From positions 1,632,001-1,696,000 of the forward strand of contig CAWEZH010000002.1 in NCBI GenBank assembly GCA_963813535.1: a DNA stretch of 64,000 nucleotides, read 5' to 3'. Positions 27,812-38,505 of this stretch are shown one piece after another (position 1 is the stretch's first letter; every line of letters starts with the position of its first letter). The notes under the pieces are model-generated. The model saw only the letters and a program-made list of their open reading frames with translations. It did not search any database and was not told the DNA's origin. This DNA is from an uncultured Chloroflexia bacterium (GTDB taxonomy: Bacteria; Chloroflexota; Limnocylindria; Limnocylindrales; CSP1-4). A program made the translations under genes and the position numbers.

Positions 27812-27954
27812 GGCAGGGGTAGTCGTCGCGGACCATCATTCGACGGCCGGATCGGGGGATTCGGCGGGAACGTGGTGGCTCTAGGCACCACTGGCGCCGC
27901 ACGAGGGGCGACGCCACCGCTGTCGTCGCGGGGAGTCGGTTGGGGGATGTTGCC

Positions 27955-30900
27955 ATGATGCGTGGGCTCGTCAGCACGAGCGTGCGGTTCCGACTGATCT
28001 TCATCGGCATTGCCGGCGTGCTGCTGCTCGTCGGTGCGACCCAGCTTCAGTCTGCCCGGGTCGATGTCCTGCCGGAGTTCGCGCCCACGACCGTCGAGGT
28101 CCAGACCGAGGCGCTCGGGCTGTCGGCCGAGGAGGTCGAGGAGCTCGTCACGGTCCCGCTCGAGGCCGACCTTCTTCACGGCGTCGCGTTCCTCGACAAG
28201 ATCGAGTCCAAGTCGCTGGTGGGCCTGTCGTCGATCGTCATGACGTTCGAGCCTGGGACCGATGTCCTGAAGGCCCGCCAGGTCGTCGCCGAGCGACTCA
28301 CCCAGTCCCACGCCCTGCCGAACGTGGCCAAGGCACCGGTCATGCTCCAGCCCCTCTCGTCCCTGAACCGATTCATGATCGTGGGGCTCAGCTCAAGCGA
28401 GAAGTCGCTGATCGAGATGTCGGTGCTGGCCCGCTGGAACGTGCGGCCCCGCCTCATGGGCGTCCCCGGCGTCGCCAATGTCGCGATCTTCGGACAGCGC
28501 GAGCGCCAGCTCCAGGTGCTCGTCGACCCGGCCAAGCTGCAGCAGCGCGGCGTGACACTCGACCACGTCGTCGAGACCGCCGGCAACGCGCTGTGGTTCT
28601 CACCGCTGACCTTCCTCGAGGCCTCCACGCCGGGCACCGGTGGCTTCATCGACACGCCCCAGCAGCGACTCGGGATCCAGCACATCCTGCCGATCCGATC
28701 GGCCGAGGATCTCTCCCAGGTCGCCATCGACCGCGGGCCGGACGCCGCCCCGCTCACGCTCGGCGACGTCGCCACCGTGGTCGAGGATCATCAGCCGCTC
28801 ATCGGCGACGGCATAGTCGGCGAGGACCCGGGGCTGCTGCTCGTCATCGAGAAGTTTCCGGACGTCAACACGCTTGACGTCACCCGCAACGTCGAGAAGG
28901 CTCTCGAGGCCATGCAGCCGGGCCTTCCGGGCATCGATGTCGACGCGACCGTCTTCCGCGAGGCCTCGTTCATCGACGCCTCGATCGGCAACGTGTCGCT
29001 GGCCCTGCTGATCGGGTTCCTGCTGATCGCGCTCGTGCTCGGCCTGATGCTGTTCGACTGGCGAGCCGCGCTGATCAGCCTCGTCACGATCCCGTTGTCG
29101 CTGGTGGCGGCCGCGGTCGTCCTGCACCTTGCCGGCGTCTCGCTGAACGCCATCAGCATCGTCGGGCTCATGATCGCCGTGGGCGTCGTCGTCGACGACG
29201 TCGTGGGCCTGGTCGACAGCGTCCTGCGGCGCCTCCGCGACCCCCAGCCGGGTGACGCAGCACGCGGACGTGCGGGCATGGTGGTCGAGGGTGTCCTCGA
29301 CAGCCGTCGCCCCGTCGTGTACGCGACCCTGATCATCCTCGTCGGCCTGGTGCCACTGCTGTTCGTGACGGGCGTCCTCAGCGCATTCCTGCCATCGCTG
29401 GTCGTGGCCTACGCGGTGGCGATCATCGCCTCACTGATCGTGTCCGTGACGGTCGCGCCCGCGCTGGCCGTCCTCGTCCTGAGCGCCGCCCCGGGCGAAC
29501 GCCGGGAATCGCCGCTCCTCCGGCGGCTGCGCCGTGGTTATGGCTCGGCGATGAGCTGGCTCGTGGAACGAAGTCGACCCGGGTGGGTCATGGCGGGCGC
29601 CCTGGTCGTCGGACTTGCCGTCGTCGCAGGTCTCGTGCTCGCACCCGCGAACGGCAACGACGTGCTGCCGGCGTTCCGCCAGCGCGACGTGCTGATCCAT
29701 TGGGATGGTGCGCCGGGCGTGTCGCACCCCGAGATGACGCGCATCGTGTCGCGAGCAGCCGACGAGCTGCGCGCGATCCCCGGCGTCCGGAACGTCGGTG
29801 CCCACGTGGGTCGCGCGATCATGTCGGACGAGCGAACGAGCGTGCACGCCGGTGAGCTGTGGGTCAGCATGGACCAGGCCACCGACTACGACCAGACGAT
29901 GGCCGCCATCCAGAGCACGGTCGACGGATATCCCGGCCTCGGGCGGTCCGTGACCACATACCCGGCGGACCGAATCGCCGAAGTGTTCGGCGCTGGTGAG
30001 CGGGACATGTCCGTGCGCATCTACGGGCAGGACCTGTCGACGCTGCAAGCCAAGGGCATGGCCGTCCGCGATGCGATCGCCGGTGTCGGCGGCATCGAGG
30101 GGGCATCGGTCTCCACGACCATCACCGAGCCCACCGTCGAGATCAAGGTCGATCTCGAGAAGGCGGCAGCGGTCGGCCTCAAGGCCGGCGATGTCCGCCG
30201 CGCGGCAACGTCCCTGCTGTCGGGCATCCAGGTCGGCAACCTCTTCGAGGAGCAGAAGGTCTTCGAGGTCGTCGTCTGGGGCACCCCTGAGCACCGCGCC
30301 AGCCTCAGTAGCGTCCAGGACCTCCTCATCGAGACGCCGTCGTCGGGTCTCATCCGGCTCGGCGACGTCGCCGACGTCAACGTGGCCGCATCGCCGAGCG
30401 TCATCCAGCGCGAGGGCGTGATGCGCTACGTCGACGTCACCGCGGACGTCCGCGGCCGCGACCTGGGGGCTGTCCTCGCGGACATCCGTGCCTCTGTCGC
30501 GAACGTGCCGTTCGAGATCGAATACCACGCCGAGGTGCACAGTGCTGCGCTTGCCCGACAGGACGCGCAGTTGCGCCTGCTGGCCGTTGCCGCCGGTGCT
30601 GTGATCCTCATGCTGCTGCTGCTCCAGGCCGCGTTCAGCGCCTGGCGACTCGCCTTCCTGGTGCTGCTGGCGATGCCCGCCGCGGCCGCCGGCGGCGTGC
30701 TCGTCGCCTTCGCGACGGGTGACCTCTTCACGATGGGGGCCCTGGCCGGGTTCATCCTGGTCATCGCCATCACGATCCGCCACGCGGTCGCGCTGGTCGA
30801 TCGCTTCCGTCGGCTCCAGGAGACCGGCCTGTCCAGCGCCGAGGTGGCGACGGCAGGTGTCCAGGAGCGCCTCGTTCCGATCGGCACCACGCTGCTTGCG

Positions 30901-31119
30901 ACCGCGGTGTTCTCGGTCCCGTTCATCGCGCTCGGCGACGTCGCCGGGCTCGAGATCATGCGACCGATGGCCATCTTCGTCCTGGGCGGCCTGGTCAGCG
31001 CGGCACTGCTGATCCTCTTCGTGGTGCCAAGCATCTACCTGCTGTCCGGTCCGAGCCCTGCGTCCGAGACCGAAACCCTGCTGAGTGAATCACCGGCCTT
31101 CGAGCCGACGACGGCATAG
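27955..31119 (+). CDS. RND efflux permease (CzcA/CusA-like), copy 1
   Basis: VDVLPEFAP...GLSAEEVE N-terminus, TM4 GVVVDD, 12-TM layout. Confidence 0.92.
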   Translation: MMRGLVSTSVRFRLIFIGIAGVLLLVGATQLQSARVDVLPEFAPTTVEVQTEALGLSAEEVEELVTVPLEADLLHGVAFLDKIESKSLVGLSSIVMTFEPGTDVLKARQVVAERLTQSHALPNVAKAPVMLQPLSSLNRFMIVGLSSSEKSLIEMSVLARWNVRPRLMGVPGVANVAIFGQRERQLQVLVDPAKLQQRGVTLDHVVETAGNALWFSPLTFLEASTPGTGGFIDTPQQRLGIQHILPIRSAEDLSQVAIDRGPDAAPLTLGDVATVVEDHQPLIGDGIVGEDPGLLLVIEKFPDVNTLDVTRNVEKALEAMQPGLPGIDVDATVFREASFIDASIGNVSLALLIGFLLIALVLGLMLFDWRAALISLVTIPLSLVAAAVVLHLAGVSLNAISIVGLMIAVGVVVDDVVGLVDSVLRRLRDPQPGDAARGRAGMVVEGVLDSRRPVVYATLIILVGLVPLLFVTGVLSAFLPSLVVAYAVAIIASLIVSVTVAPALAVLVLSAAPGERRESPLLRRLRRGYGSAMSWLVERSRPGWVMAGALVVGLAVVAGLVLAPANGNDVLPAFRQRDVLIHWDGAPGVSHPEMTRIVSRAADELRAIPGVRNVGAHVGRAIMSDERTSVHAGELWVSMDQATDYDQTMAAIQSTVDGYPGLGRSVTTYPADRIAEVFGAGERDMSVRIYGQDLSTLQAKGMAVRDAIAGVGGIEGASVSTTITEPTVEIKVDLEKAAAVGLKAGDVRRAATSLLSGIQVGNLFEEQKVFEVVVWGTPEHRASLSSVQDLLIETPSSGLIRLGDVADVNVAASPSVIQREGVMRYVDVTADVRGRDLGAVLADIRASVANVPFEIEYHAEVHSAALARQDAQLRLLAVAAGAVILMLLLLQAAFSAWRLAFLVLLAMPAAAAGGVLVAFATGDLFTMGALAGFILVIAITIRHAVALVDRFRRLQETGLSSAEVATAGVQERLVPIGTTLLATAVFSVPFIALGDVAGLEIMRPMAIFVLGGLVSAALLILFVVPSIYLLSGPSPASETETLLSESPAFEPTTA

Positions 31120-31129
31120 GAGCATCGAG

Positions 31130-31561
31130 ATGACACGACACCGCTTGTTCCTGACCGGGTTCGCGCTCGCCGCGCTGGCCCTGGGGGGATGCAACAACGC
31201 CACGACCTCCACACCCAAGGTGGAGGCCATCACCATCGAAGAGCAGGAGCCGTCGGGCCACAAGGTCCTGACCCTGTCCGAAAAGGCCGCGGAGCGGCTC
31301 GGCGTCGAGACGGCCGCCGTGGCCGGCAGTGGCGCGGCGATGTCCATCCCGTACGCGGCGATCGTCTACGACGCCGAGGGCAAGACCTGGACCTATATCA
31401 CGAGCGCGCCGCTCGTCTACGAGCGGGCGGAGATCACGGTCGACCAGATCGACGGTGACGTCGCGACGATCTCGGCCGGGCCGCCCGCGGGCACCCAGGT
31501 CGTGACAACCGGCGCGGCCGAGCTGTACGGCGCCGAGATCGGCGTCGGCGGCGGTCACTGA
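31130..31561 (+). CDS. Small lipoprotein resembling the membrane-proximal domain of an RND adaptor (MFP)
   Basis: AGGAG SD; lipobox LGGC; LSEKAAERLGVETAAV and IPYAAIV...GTQVVTTGAAEL segments. Confidence 0.75.
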   Translation: MTRHRLFLTGFALAALALGGCNNATTSTPKVEAITIEEQEPSGHKVLTLSEKAAERLGVETAAVAGSGAAMSIPYAAIVYDAEGKTWTYITSAPLVYERAEITVDQIDGDVATISAGPPAGTQVVTTGAAELYGAEIGVGGGH

Positions 31562-31600
31562 TCGCGCTCTAGCACACGATTTCGGGGGGAGTCCACGGTC

Positions 31601-34600
31601 ATGATGCGACGGATCATCGCCACGAGCCTGCGGTTCCGCTTCATCGTGGTCGCGCTCGCGGCGGGGATGATGCTCATCGGCGCAGCCCAGGTGCGGGCCA
31701 TGCCGGTCGACGTCTTCCCCGAGTTCGCGCCACCGAAGGTCGAGATCCAGACGATCTGCATCGGCCTGTCGGCCGAGGAGGTCGAACAGCTCGTCACGGT
31801 GCCGATCGAGCAGTCCCTGGCCGGCATCGAAGGACTGGAGACCATCCGCTCCAAGTCGGTCATCCAGCTGTCCCAGGTCGTGCTGCTGTTCAAGCCGGGC
31901 ACGAACGAGCTCCAGGCCCGCCAGCTCGTCGCCGAGCGGCTCGCACAGATCATCCCATCCCTGCCGACGTGGGCGGCCCCGCCGGTGATGCTCCAGCCGC
32001 TGTCGGCGACAAGCCGCGTGATGAAGATCGGGATGAGCTCAGAGGACGTGTCGCAGATCGACATGTCGATGATCTCGTACTGGACGATCCGTCCCCGGCT
32101 GCTGAGCGTGCCCGGCGTCGCCAACATCGCCATCTGGGGCGAACAGCTCCACATGCTCCAGGTCCAGGCCATCCCGAACAAGATGATCGAGCGCGGCGTC
32201 GCCCTCACGGATGTCATGGATGCCGTCTCCGAGACGCTGGACGACGGGATCCTGCAGTTCAACGCCGGCAACTTCACGGGCACCGGCGGATTCGTCGATA
32301 CCCCGAATCAACGGCTCGTCATCCGCCACATCCCGCCAGTCGTCGGGGTCGAAGATCTCGCCCACGTCACGGTCCCTGGCCGAGACGATGAGCCCGTCCC
32401 GCTGACCGAGGTGGTCGAGCTGGTCGAGGATCACCAGCCGCTCATCGGCGAGGCGGTCATCAACGACGGTCCTGGCGTGATGCTCATCGTGGAGAAGTTC
32501 CCGTGGGCGAACACGCTCGACGTCACGCGCGGTGTCGAGGAAGCCCTCGACGAGCTCCGCCCGGGCCTGACCGGCATCAACGTCGATCACACGATCTTCC
32601 GGCCCGCCAGCTTCATCGAGCAGGCACTGCACAACCTGTCGAACGCGCTGATCCTCGGCAGCATCCTCGTCTTCGTGATCCTGGTCGTGTTCCTCTTCGA
32701 GTGGCGGACGGCGCTGATCAGCCTCGTGGCGATCCCGTTGTCGCTCATGGCCGCGGCGATGGTCCTGTACGTCCGCGAGGTGACCATCAACACGATGATC
32801 CTGGCGGGGTTCGTGATCTCGGTCGGGGTGGTCGTCGACGACGCCATCATCGACGTCGAGAACATCACGCGGCGTCTGCGTCAGGCGCGACTGGAAGGCA
32901 GTTCGCGGTCGACGGCCGCGATCATCCTCGACTCCTCGCTCGAAGTCCGAAGCGCGATCGTGTACGCGACGCTCATCGACGTGATCGCAGTCTCGCCGGT
33001 GTTCTTCATCAGCGGTCTGTCCGGTGCGTTCTTCCAGCCGCTCGTCGTGTCGTACGGCCTGGCCGTGCTCGCATCGCTGCTGGTCGCGCTGACCGTCACG
33101 CCTGCCCTGGCGTACATCCTCCTGCGCAACGCCCCGATCGAGCGCCAGCGGTCGCCGATCACGCGCCGCCTCCAGGATGCCTATGCCGGGCTGATCACCC
33201 GGATCCTTCGCACCACGCGTCCGGCCTTCCTTACCGTCGGCGCTGTCAGCATGATCGGGCTCGCCATCTGGCCGCAGCTCGGTCAGTCGCTGCTGCCCGA
33301 CTTCAAGGAGCGCGACTTCCTCATGCACTGGGTGACCGCGCCCGGCACCTCGATCGGCGAGGAGACGCGCATCTCGGTCAAGGCGTGCAACGAGCTCCGC
33401 GAGATCCCCGGGGTCCGCAACTGCGGGTCGCACATCGGTCAGGCCTTCGTGGCCGACGAACCGTACGGGGCCGAGTTCGGTGAGAACTGGATCAGCATCG
33501 ATCCGGCCGTCGACTACGACAAGACCCATGCCGCCGTGCTCGAGGTGGTGAACGGCTACCCGGGCCTCCGCCGCGACGTGCAGACCTACCTCAAGGAACG
33601 CATCCGCGAAGTCCTGACCGGCTCGAGCGACGCGATCGTCGTACGGGTCTACGGATCCGACCTCAAGAAGCTCAAGGAACTGGCCGAGGAGATCGAGGAG
33701 AGGATCGACGTCATCCCCGGCATCATCGACCTCCATACCGAGCAGCTGGTCGACATCGCCCAGATCCAGGTCACGGTCGACCTGGCCGCCGCGCAGCGCT
33801 ACGGCGTCAAGCCGGGCGACGTGCGGCGTCTCGCCTCGACCTACATGGCGGGCGAAGAGGTCGGCGACATCTTCAACACCGGCAAGGCCTACGACGTGGT
33901 CGTGTGGAGCGTGCCGAAGACACGCACCAGTGTGACCGACGTCGAGAACCTGCTGATCGACACCGTGACCGGGGGCAAGGTCGCGCTCAAGACCATCGCC
34001 GACGTGACGATCGCGCCAACCGCCGGCCACGTGAGCCACGAGCAGACCGCCCGGCGCATCCATGTCGATGCCAACGTCAGCGGGCGCGACCTCGGCGCCG
34101 TGGTCGCAGATGTCCAGGCGGCCATCGACGAGACGCAGTTCCCGCAGGGCTACCACGCCGAGATGCTCGGCGAGTTCCAGGAGCGTCAGAAGGCGCAGGA
34201 TCGCCTGCTGCTGTTCGCGATCGTCGCCGCGATCGGCGTGTTCCTCCTGCTGCAGGCGTCGTTCGGTAGCACGCGCCTGGCGGTCCTGTCGTTCCTGACG
34301 CTGCCATCCGCCCTCGTCGGTGGGATCCTGGCAGCCTGGATGGGCTCGGGCGTCATCTCGCTCGGGGCGCTCGTCGGGTTCTTCACGGTCCTCGGCATCG
34401 CGGCCCGGAACGGGATCATGATGATCAACCACTTCCAGCACCTCGAGAAGTTCGAGGGCGAGGAATTCGGACCAGCGCTCGTGATCCGCGGAGCGCGGGA
34501 GCGGTTGGCGCCGATCCTGATGACCGCGCTGGCGACGGGCCTCGCGCTCGTCCCGCTGGCCATCGCCGGCGACCTGCCCGGGCCACGAGATCGAGCACCC

Positions 34601-34730
34601 GATGGCGGTCGTCATCCTGGGCGGGCTCGTCACCTCGACGCTCCTGAACCTGTTCGTCGTCCCGTCGCTCTATCTGCGGTTCGGGCGGTCCAAGCCGGCC
34701 AGCCCGGCCATGGCAGGGACGTCGGCCTAG
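31601..34730 (+). CDS. RND efflux permease (CzcA/CusA-like), copy 2, with one extra base at about 34580-34584
   Basis: [31 protein letters not shown]. After GDLPG the expected last helix ([30 protein letters not shown]) continues in the +1 frame to TAG 34730. Confidence 0.88.
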
Positions 34731-35761
34731 CCGACGTCCCTCGCTTCCCTCGCGTCCAGGCGCTCGACGAGGTCGAGCAGCCACAGCGCCGGTGCATCAC
34801 CGTGGCCGTCCATGTCGGACGGATCGAGGCCATCGAGGGCACGCGCCCACGCGGCTGACTTGCCGATCCGGCCGAGGTCCAGTGCGATCGCGAGCACCTC
34901 GGCGAGCGCTGCACGGGGCAGCACATCGGTCCACGCGTCGAGGTAGGCGTCTCGAAGGCGGGCGAGGGGCGGGGCGTCGGCCTCGATCCCGAGCCGGTAC
35001 GCGACGGAGTTGAGCGTCGTCACCATCGACGCGAAGGGATGGGCGACGACCGAGTCGCCCCAGTCGAAGAACCGGATCCCGGCGGGCCCGACGAACACGT
35101 TGCCGCCATGGAGGTCGTCGTGCTGGATCGTGGCCGCGATCCCTGACTCGTCCAGCGCTCGTGCCCTCGCCGCGACCCACGCTCCCAGCCCCCGCAACCG
35201 CTCGCGTGCGCCGTCGGACGCCGCGCGATCGTCCGGCCCGACCAGCTCCCACCACGAGTCGGTCGCCAGCAACCGCTGGAGCGTCTCGGGGAGTGACGCC
35301 GGGCGCCCGTCGGGGACGCCGAGGGCGAGCATCTCCGCGGATCGAGCCTCGAGCGACCGCTGGAGGCCCGCGTACGTCGCCAAGACCCGCTCCCAGGCAT
35401 CGAGGTCGCGATCGCCCTCACCGTCAGGTCGGGTCTGGCGAAGCGTCGGGCCGCCGTCCTCGAGGAGCAGCCAGCCCAGGCCCTCGTCGACCGCCAACGG
35501 TGGCACGACCGCCTCGATGCCCCAGGCCACGACGGCGGGCAGCAGGCGGGCCTCGTGGGACGTCCCGGATCGCATCGCCTTGCACCACACCGGACCGCGG
35601 TCGGTCGGGATGCGGAGCACCGTCGACCACGGCCGGATGTGGGGTTGTTCCAGCGCGCCGTCGACGGCGTAGCCCAGGGCGTCGAGGTTCGTCAGCGCCC
35701 ACCTAGTGATCGACGCCAGCCAGGCCGGGTCGGTCCAGCGCGGACGGCCGATCGCGGTCAC
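34727..35761 (-). CDS. Phosphotransferase (APH-like)
   Basis: [21 protein letters not shown]; GTG 35761 in a GTGA overlap. Confidence 0.85.
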   Translation of the reverse strand: MTAIGRPRWTDPAWLASITRWALTNLDALGYAVDGALEQPHIRPWSTVLRIPTDRGPVWCKAMRSGTSHEARLLPAVVAWGIEAVVPPLAVDEGLGWLLLEDGGPTLRQTRPDGEGDRDLDAWERVLATYAGLQRSLEARSAEMLALGVPDGRPASLPETLQRLLATDSWWELVGPDDRAASDGARERLRGLGAWVAARARALDESGIAATIQHDDLHGGNVFVGPAGIRFFDWGDSVVAHPFASMVTTLNSVAYRLGIEADAPPLARLRDAYLDAWTDVLPRAALAEVLAIALDLGRIGKSAAWARALDGLDPSDMDGHGDAPALWLLDLVERLDAREARDVG

Positions 35762-36738
35762 GGGCCGCCGAAGAACTCGTCCATCGTGCCGGCCGTGCAG
35801 GACTCGGCCAGGCAATCGAGACCCCACGCGTCCTGGACGGTCCGCAACAGGCTGTAGTGGTCGTGTCGCTCGGCCGATCGGAAGCCCGCCGGCACGTCGG
35901 GTGACGCCACGATCGTGACGATGTGCCCACCGCCGGGATCCTCGCCGGCGTCCTCATCGAACGTGACCACGAGAAGCCCACCGGCCTTGAAGGGCTCGCT
36001 GTCGAGGATCTTCGGAACGAAGCCCGCCAGCCAGTGGTCGGCATTCCGGATCGGGCAGTCATGCGCCGAGTGGCACTGGTTGGGGATGATCAGCGAGTAG
36101 TTCGCATCGCCCGGGCGGAACGCGGTCAGGTCGACGAGGTCGGCGCACCGTGCGGGATCGTTCCGGATGCTGTCGAAGCTGATGGCCGGGGCGTGCTTCC
36201 GGCGGTATTCCCCTTTCCCGTCGCGACCGCCTTTGGCGCTGGTGCCGGCGAAGCAGTCGGGCGGGCGGTTCTCAGCGTACTCACGCCAGGTGCGGCCGCT
36301 GGCCTCGATCTGGTCGGCGACCGTCGGAGCGTCAAGGTCGTGGTCGTCGTTGTCGGTGACCCCGTGGGTCGAACCGCTGAACATGGCGAAGTAGTTCGGC
36401 TGCGAGGGGCGGGCGACACCGAAGGACTGCTCGGCCAGGCCGTACCGTCGGATCAGCCGATCGAAGTAGGGCGTGTCGTCCGCCTCGACGATGCGGTCGT
36501 AGTCCGTGTTCTCCAGCACGATGATCCACACGTACGGGAAGTCGGGCAGTCGGCTCGCTGCGCTCGGCGACGGGGGTGTGGAGGAGGGAGGCACGGACGG
36601 CGACCCGGTCGGTCCGACAGTGGGTGATGCCGGCGGCGTCGATGTCGACGGTGACGGTCCGACGCAACCGATCAGGATGCCGATCAGCAGCGTTGCGACT
36701 GCGACCAGAGTCCCTGGTCGCGACCCTCGGTCGCGCAT
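35758..36738 (-). CDS. Phosphoesterase / acid phosphatase family lipoprotein
   Basis: Lipobox-like LIGC, Ser/Pro linker, IIVLEN, PSQPNY, KHAP, HDC, VTFDE, DHYSLLRT. Confidence 0.88.
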   Translation of the reverse strand: MRDRGSRPGTLVAVATLLIGILIGCVGPSPSTSTPPASPTVGPTGSPSVPPSSTPPSPSAASRLPDFPYVWIIVLENTDYDRIVEADDTPYFDRLIRRYGLAEQSFGVARPSQPNYFAMFSGSTHGVTDNDDHDLDAPTVADQIEASGRTWREYAENRPPDCFAGTSAKGGRDGKGEYRRKHAPAISFDSIRNDPARCADLVDLTAFRPGDANYSLIIPNQCHSAHDCPIRNADHWLAGFVPKILDSEPFKAGGLLVVTFDEDAGEDPGGGHIVTIVASPDVPAGFRSAERHDHYSLLRTVQDAWGLDCLAESCTAGTMDEFFGGP

Positions 36739-36754
36739 GTCCCCCTTCTCGTCC

Positions 36755-38383
36755 TCAGCGCTTGCGGCCGCCTCCGAAGAGGGTGCCGAAGACGCCGCGG
36801 ATGATGTCCTGGCCGAGCCGTGAGGTCACCACCTTGCCACCGGTCCGGATGGCGGTATCGATCGACTTCTGGCGGGCCCTCGCCTCGGCGGCCGCGGCCT
36901 TCTCCTCGGCACGTCGCTGCCGTTCGGCCTCGCGTCGCTCACGTGCGATCTCCCGCGCTTGCTGCGTCGGCGTCTTCCCGTCGAGGCTGTCCACGCCGGC
37001 TGCCGCCGCAGCGGCTTCGGCGGCCTGTCGCGCGGCCGTCAGCCGGGTGGTGATGCGCTCATGCGCGCTGTCCCGATCGATCGTCGTCCCGTACTTGGCA
37101 TTCAACGGACTGGCTGCAACGAGCCCCTGGAACGTCGCCTGGTCGACGGGTGCCATCAGCGAGTCGGGCGGCAGCAGCCGGGTGGCGGCCAGCGGCGTCG
37201 GGATACCCCGCGGCGAGAGGACCGTGACCAGCGCCTCGCCCGTGCCGAGGGAGGTGAGCGTCTTCTCGACGTCGTAGAACTCCGTGGTCGGGAAGGTGCG
37301 CGCCGCCTTCCGGAGCGCGTCCGCATCATCGGGGGTGAACGCCCGCAGGGCGTGCTGGACCCGATTGCCGAGCTGGGCCAGGACGGAGGCCGGCACATCG
37401 CCCGGGACCTGCGTGACGAAGTACACGCCGACGCCCTTGGAGCGGATGAGGCGCGCCGTCCGCTCGATCTGGTCCATCAACGCCTCTGAGGCGTCGTCGA
37501 AGAGCAGATGCGCCTCGTCGAAGAAGAAGCACAGCTTCGGCTTCGGCAGGTCGCCCGCCTCGGGCAGGGTCTCGTACAGCTGGGCGAGCATCCACAACAT
37601 GAACGTGGAGAACAGCCGGGGCTGGTCCATGACGTCCGAGAGCTCGAGGACCGAGATGATGCCCCGGCCGTCCGGCGCCGCCCGGAGGAGGTCCTCGACG
37701 TCGAACTCGGGCTCGCCGAAGAACACGTCGGCGCCTTCCTGCTCGAGCACGACGATGCTCCGCAACAGCACCCCGACCGACGCTGGCGACATCCCGCCGT
37801 AGTCCTCGAGGATCGGCTTGCCCTCGTCGGACGAGAGGAACTTCAACGTGGTCGCGAGGTCCTTGAGGTCGAGCAAGGGCAGGTCGTTGTCGTCGCAGTA
37901 TTTGAAGACGAGGGCGAGGATGCTCGTCTGCGTCTCGTTGAGGTCGAGCACCTTGCCGAGAAGCAGCGGCCCGAAGGAGTGGACGGTCGCTCGAACCGGT
38001 GCCCCGAGGTTCCCGGTGAGCGACATGTACTCGACCGGATGACCGGATGCTGCGAACGTCCAGCCCATCGACGCCACACGCTCCTGGACCTTCGGGTTCG
38101 CCGCATCGCCGGGCGCAGCCAGACCGGTCAGGTCACCCTTGACGTCCGCCACGAAGACCGGGACGCCGGCGGTCGAGAGCTGCCCGGCGAGGAGCTGGAG
38201 GGTCTTGGTCTTGCCGGTGCCGGTGGCGCCCGCGACGAGGCCGTGACGGTTGAGCGTGGACATCGGGATCTGGACCCGGACCTCGTTGAACAGCTCCCCG
38301 TCGTGCATCGCGCTGCCGATGATCAGCGTCGGCTCGTCGAAGGCGTAGCCGGCCGAGATCGCGTCGCGGAATGCCTGGTCCAT
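36755..38383 (-). CDS. HerA-like P-loop ATPase (DUF853/YjgR family)
   Basis: NRHGLVAGATGTGKT, FFDEAHLLF, RLIRSKGVG, QHALRAFTP; GGAGG SD before ATG 38383. Confidence 0.92.
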   Translation of the reverse strand: MDQAFRDAISAGYAFDEPTLIIGSAMHDGELFNEVRVQIPMSTLNRHGLVAGATGTGKTKTLQLLAGQLSTAGVPVFVADVKGDLTGLAAPGDAANPKVQERVASMGWTFAASGHPVEYMSLTGNLGAPVRATVHSFGPLLLGKVLDLNETQTSILALVFKYCDDNDLPLLDLKDLATTLKFLSSDEGKPILEDYGGMSPASVGVLLRSIVVLEQEGADVFFGEPEFDVEDLLRAAPDGRGIISVLELSDVMDQPRLFSTFMLWMLAQLYETLPEAGDLPKPKLCFFFDEAHLLFDDASEALMDQIERTARLIRSKGVGVYFVTQVPGDVPASVLAQLGNRVQHALRAFTPDDADALRKAARTFPTTEFYDVEKTLTSLGTGEALVTVLSPRGIPTPLAATRLLPPDSLMAPVDQATFQGLVAASPLNAKYGTTIDRDSAHERITTRLTAARQAAEAAAAAAGVDSLDGKTPTQQAREIARERREAERQRRAEEKAAAAEARARQKSIDTAIRTGGKVVTSRLGQDIIRGVFGTLFGGGRKR

Positions 38384-38505
38384 GGGTCCTCCGAGGCGGG
38401 TCATCACGGTCATTCCGGGGGAGGCGCAAGGGTATCATCGGCCTCCGTACGGCCGACCGGCCTCGCATCGCGGTGACACGCCGCGCATGGATGGAGGGCC
38501 TCGAC

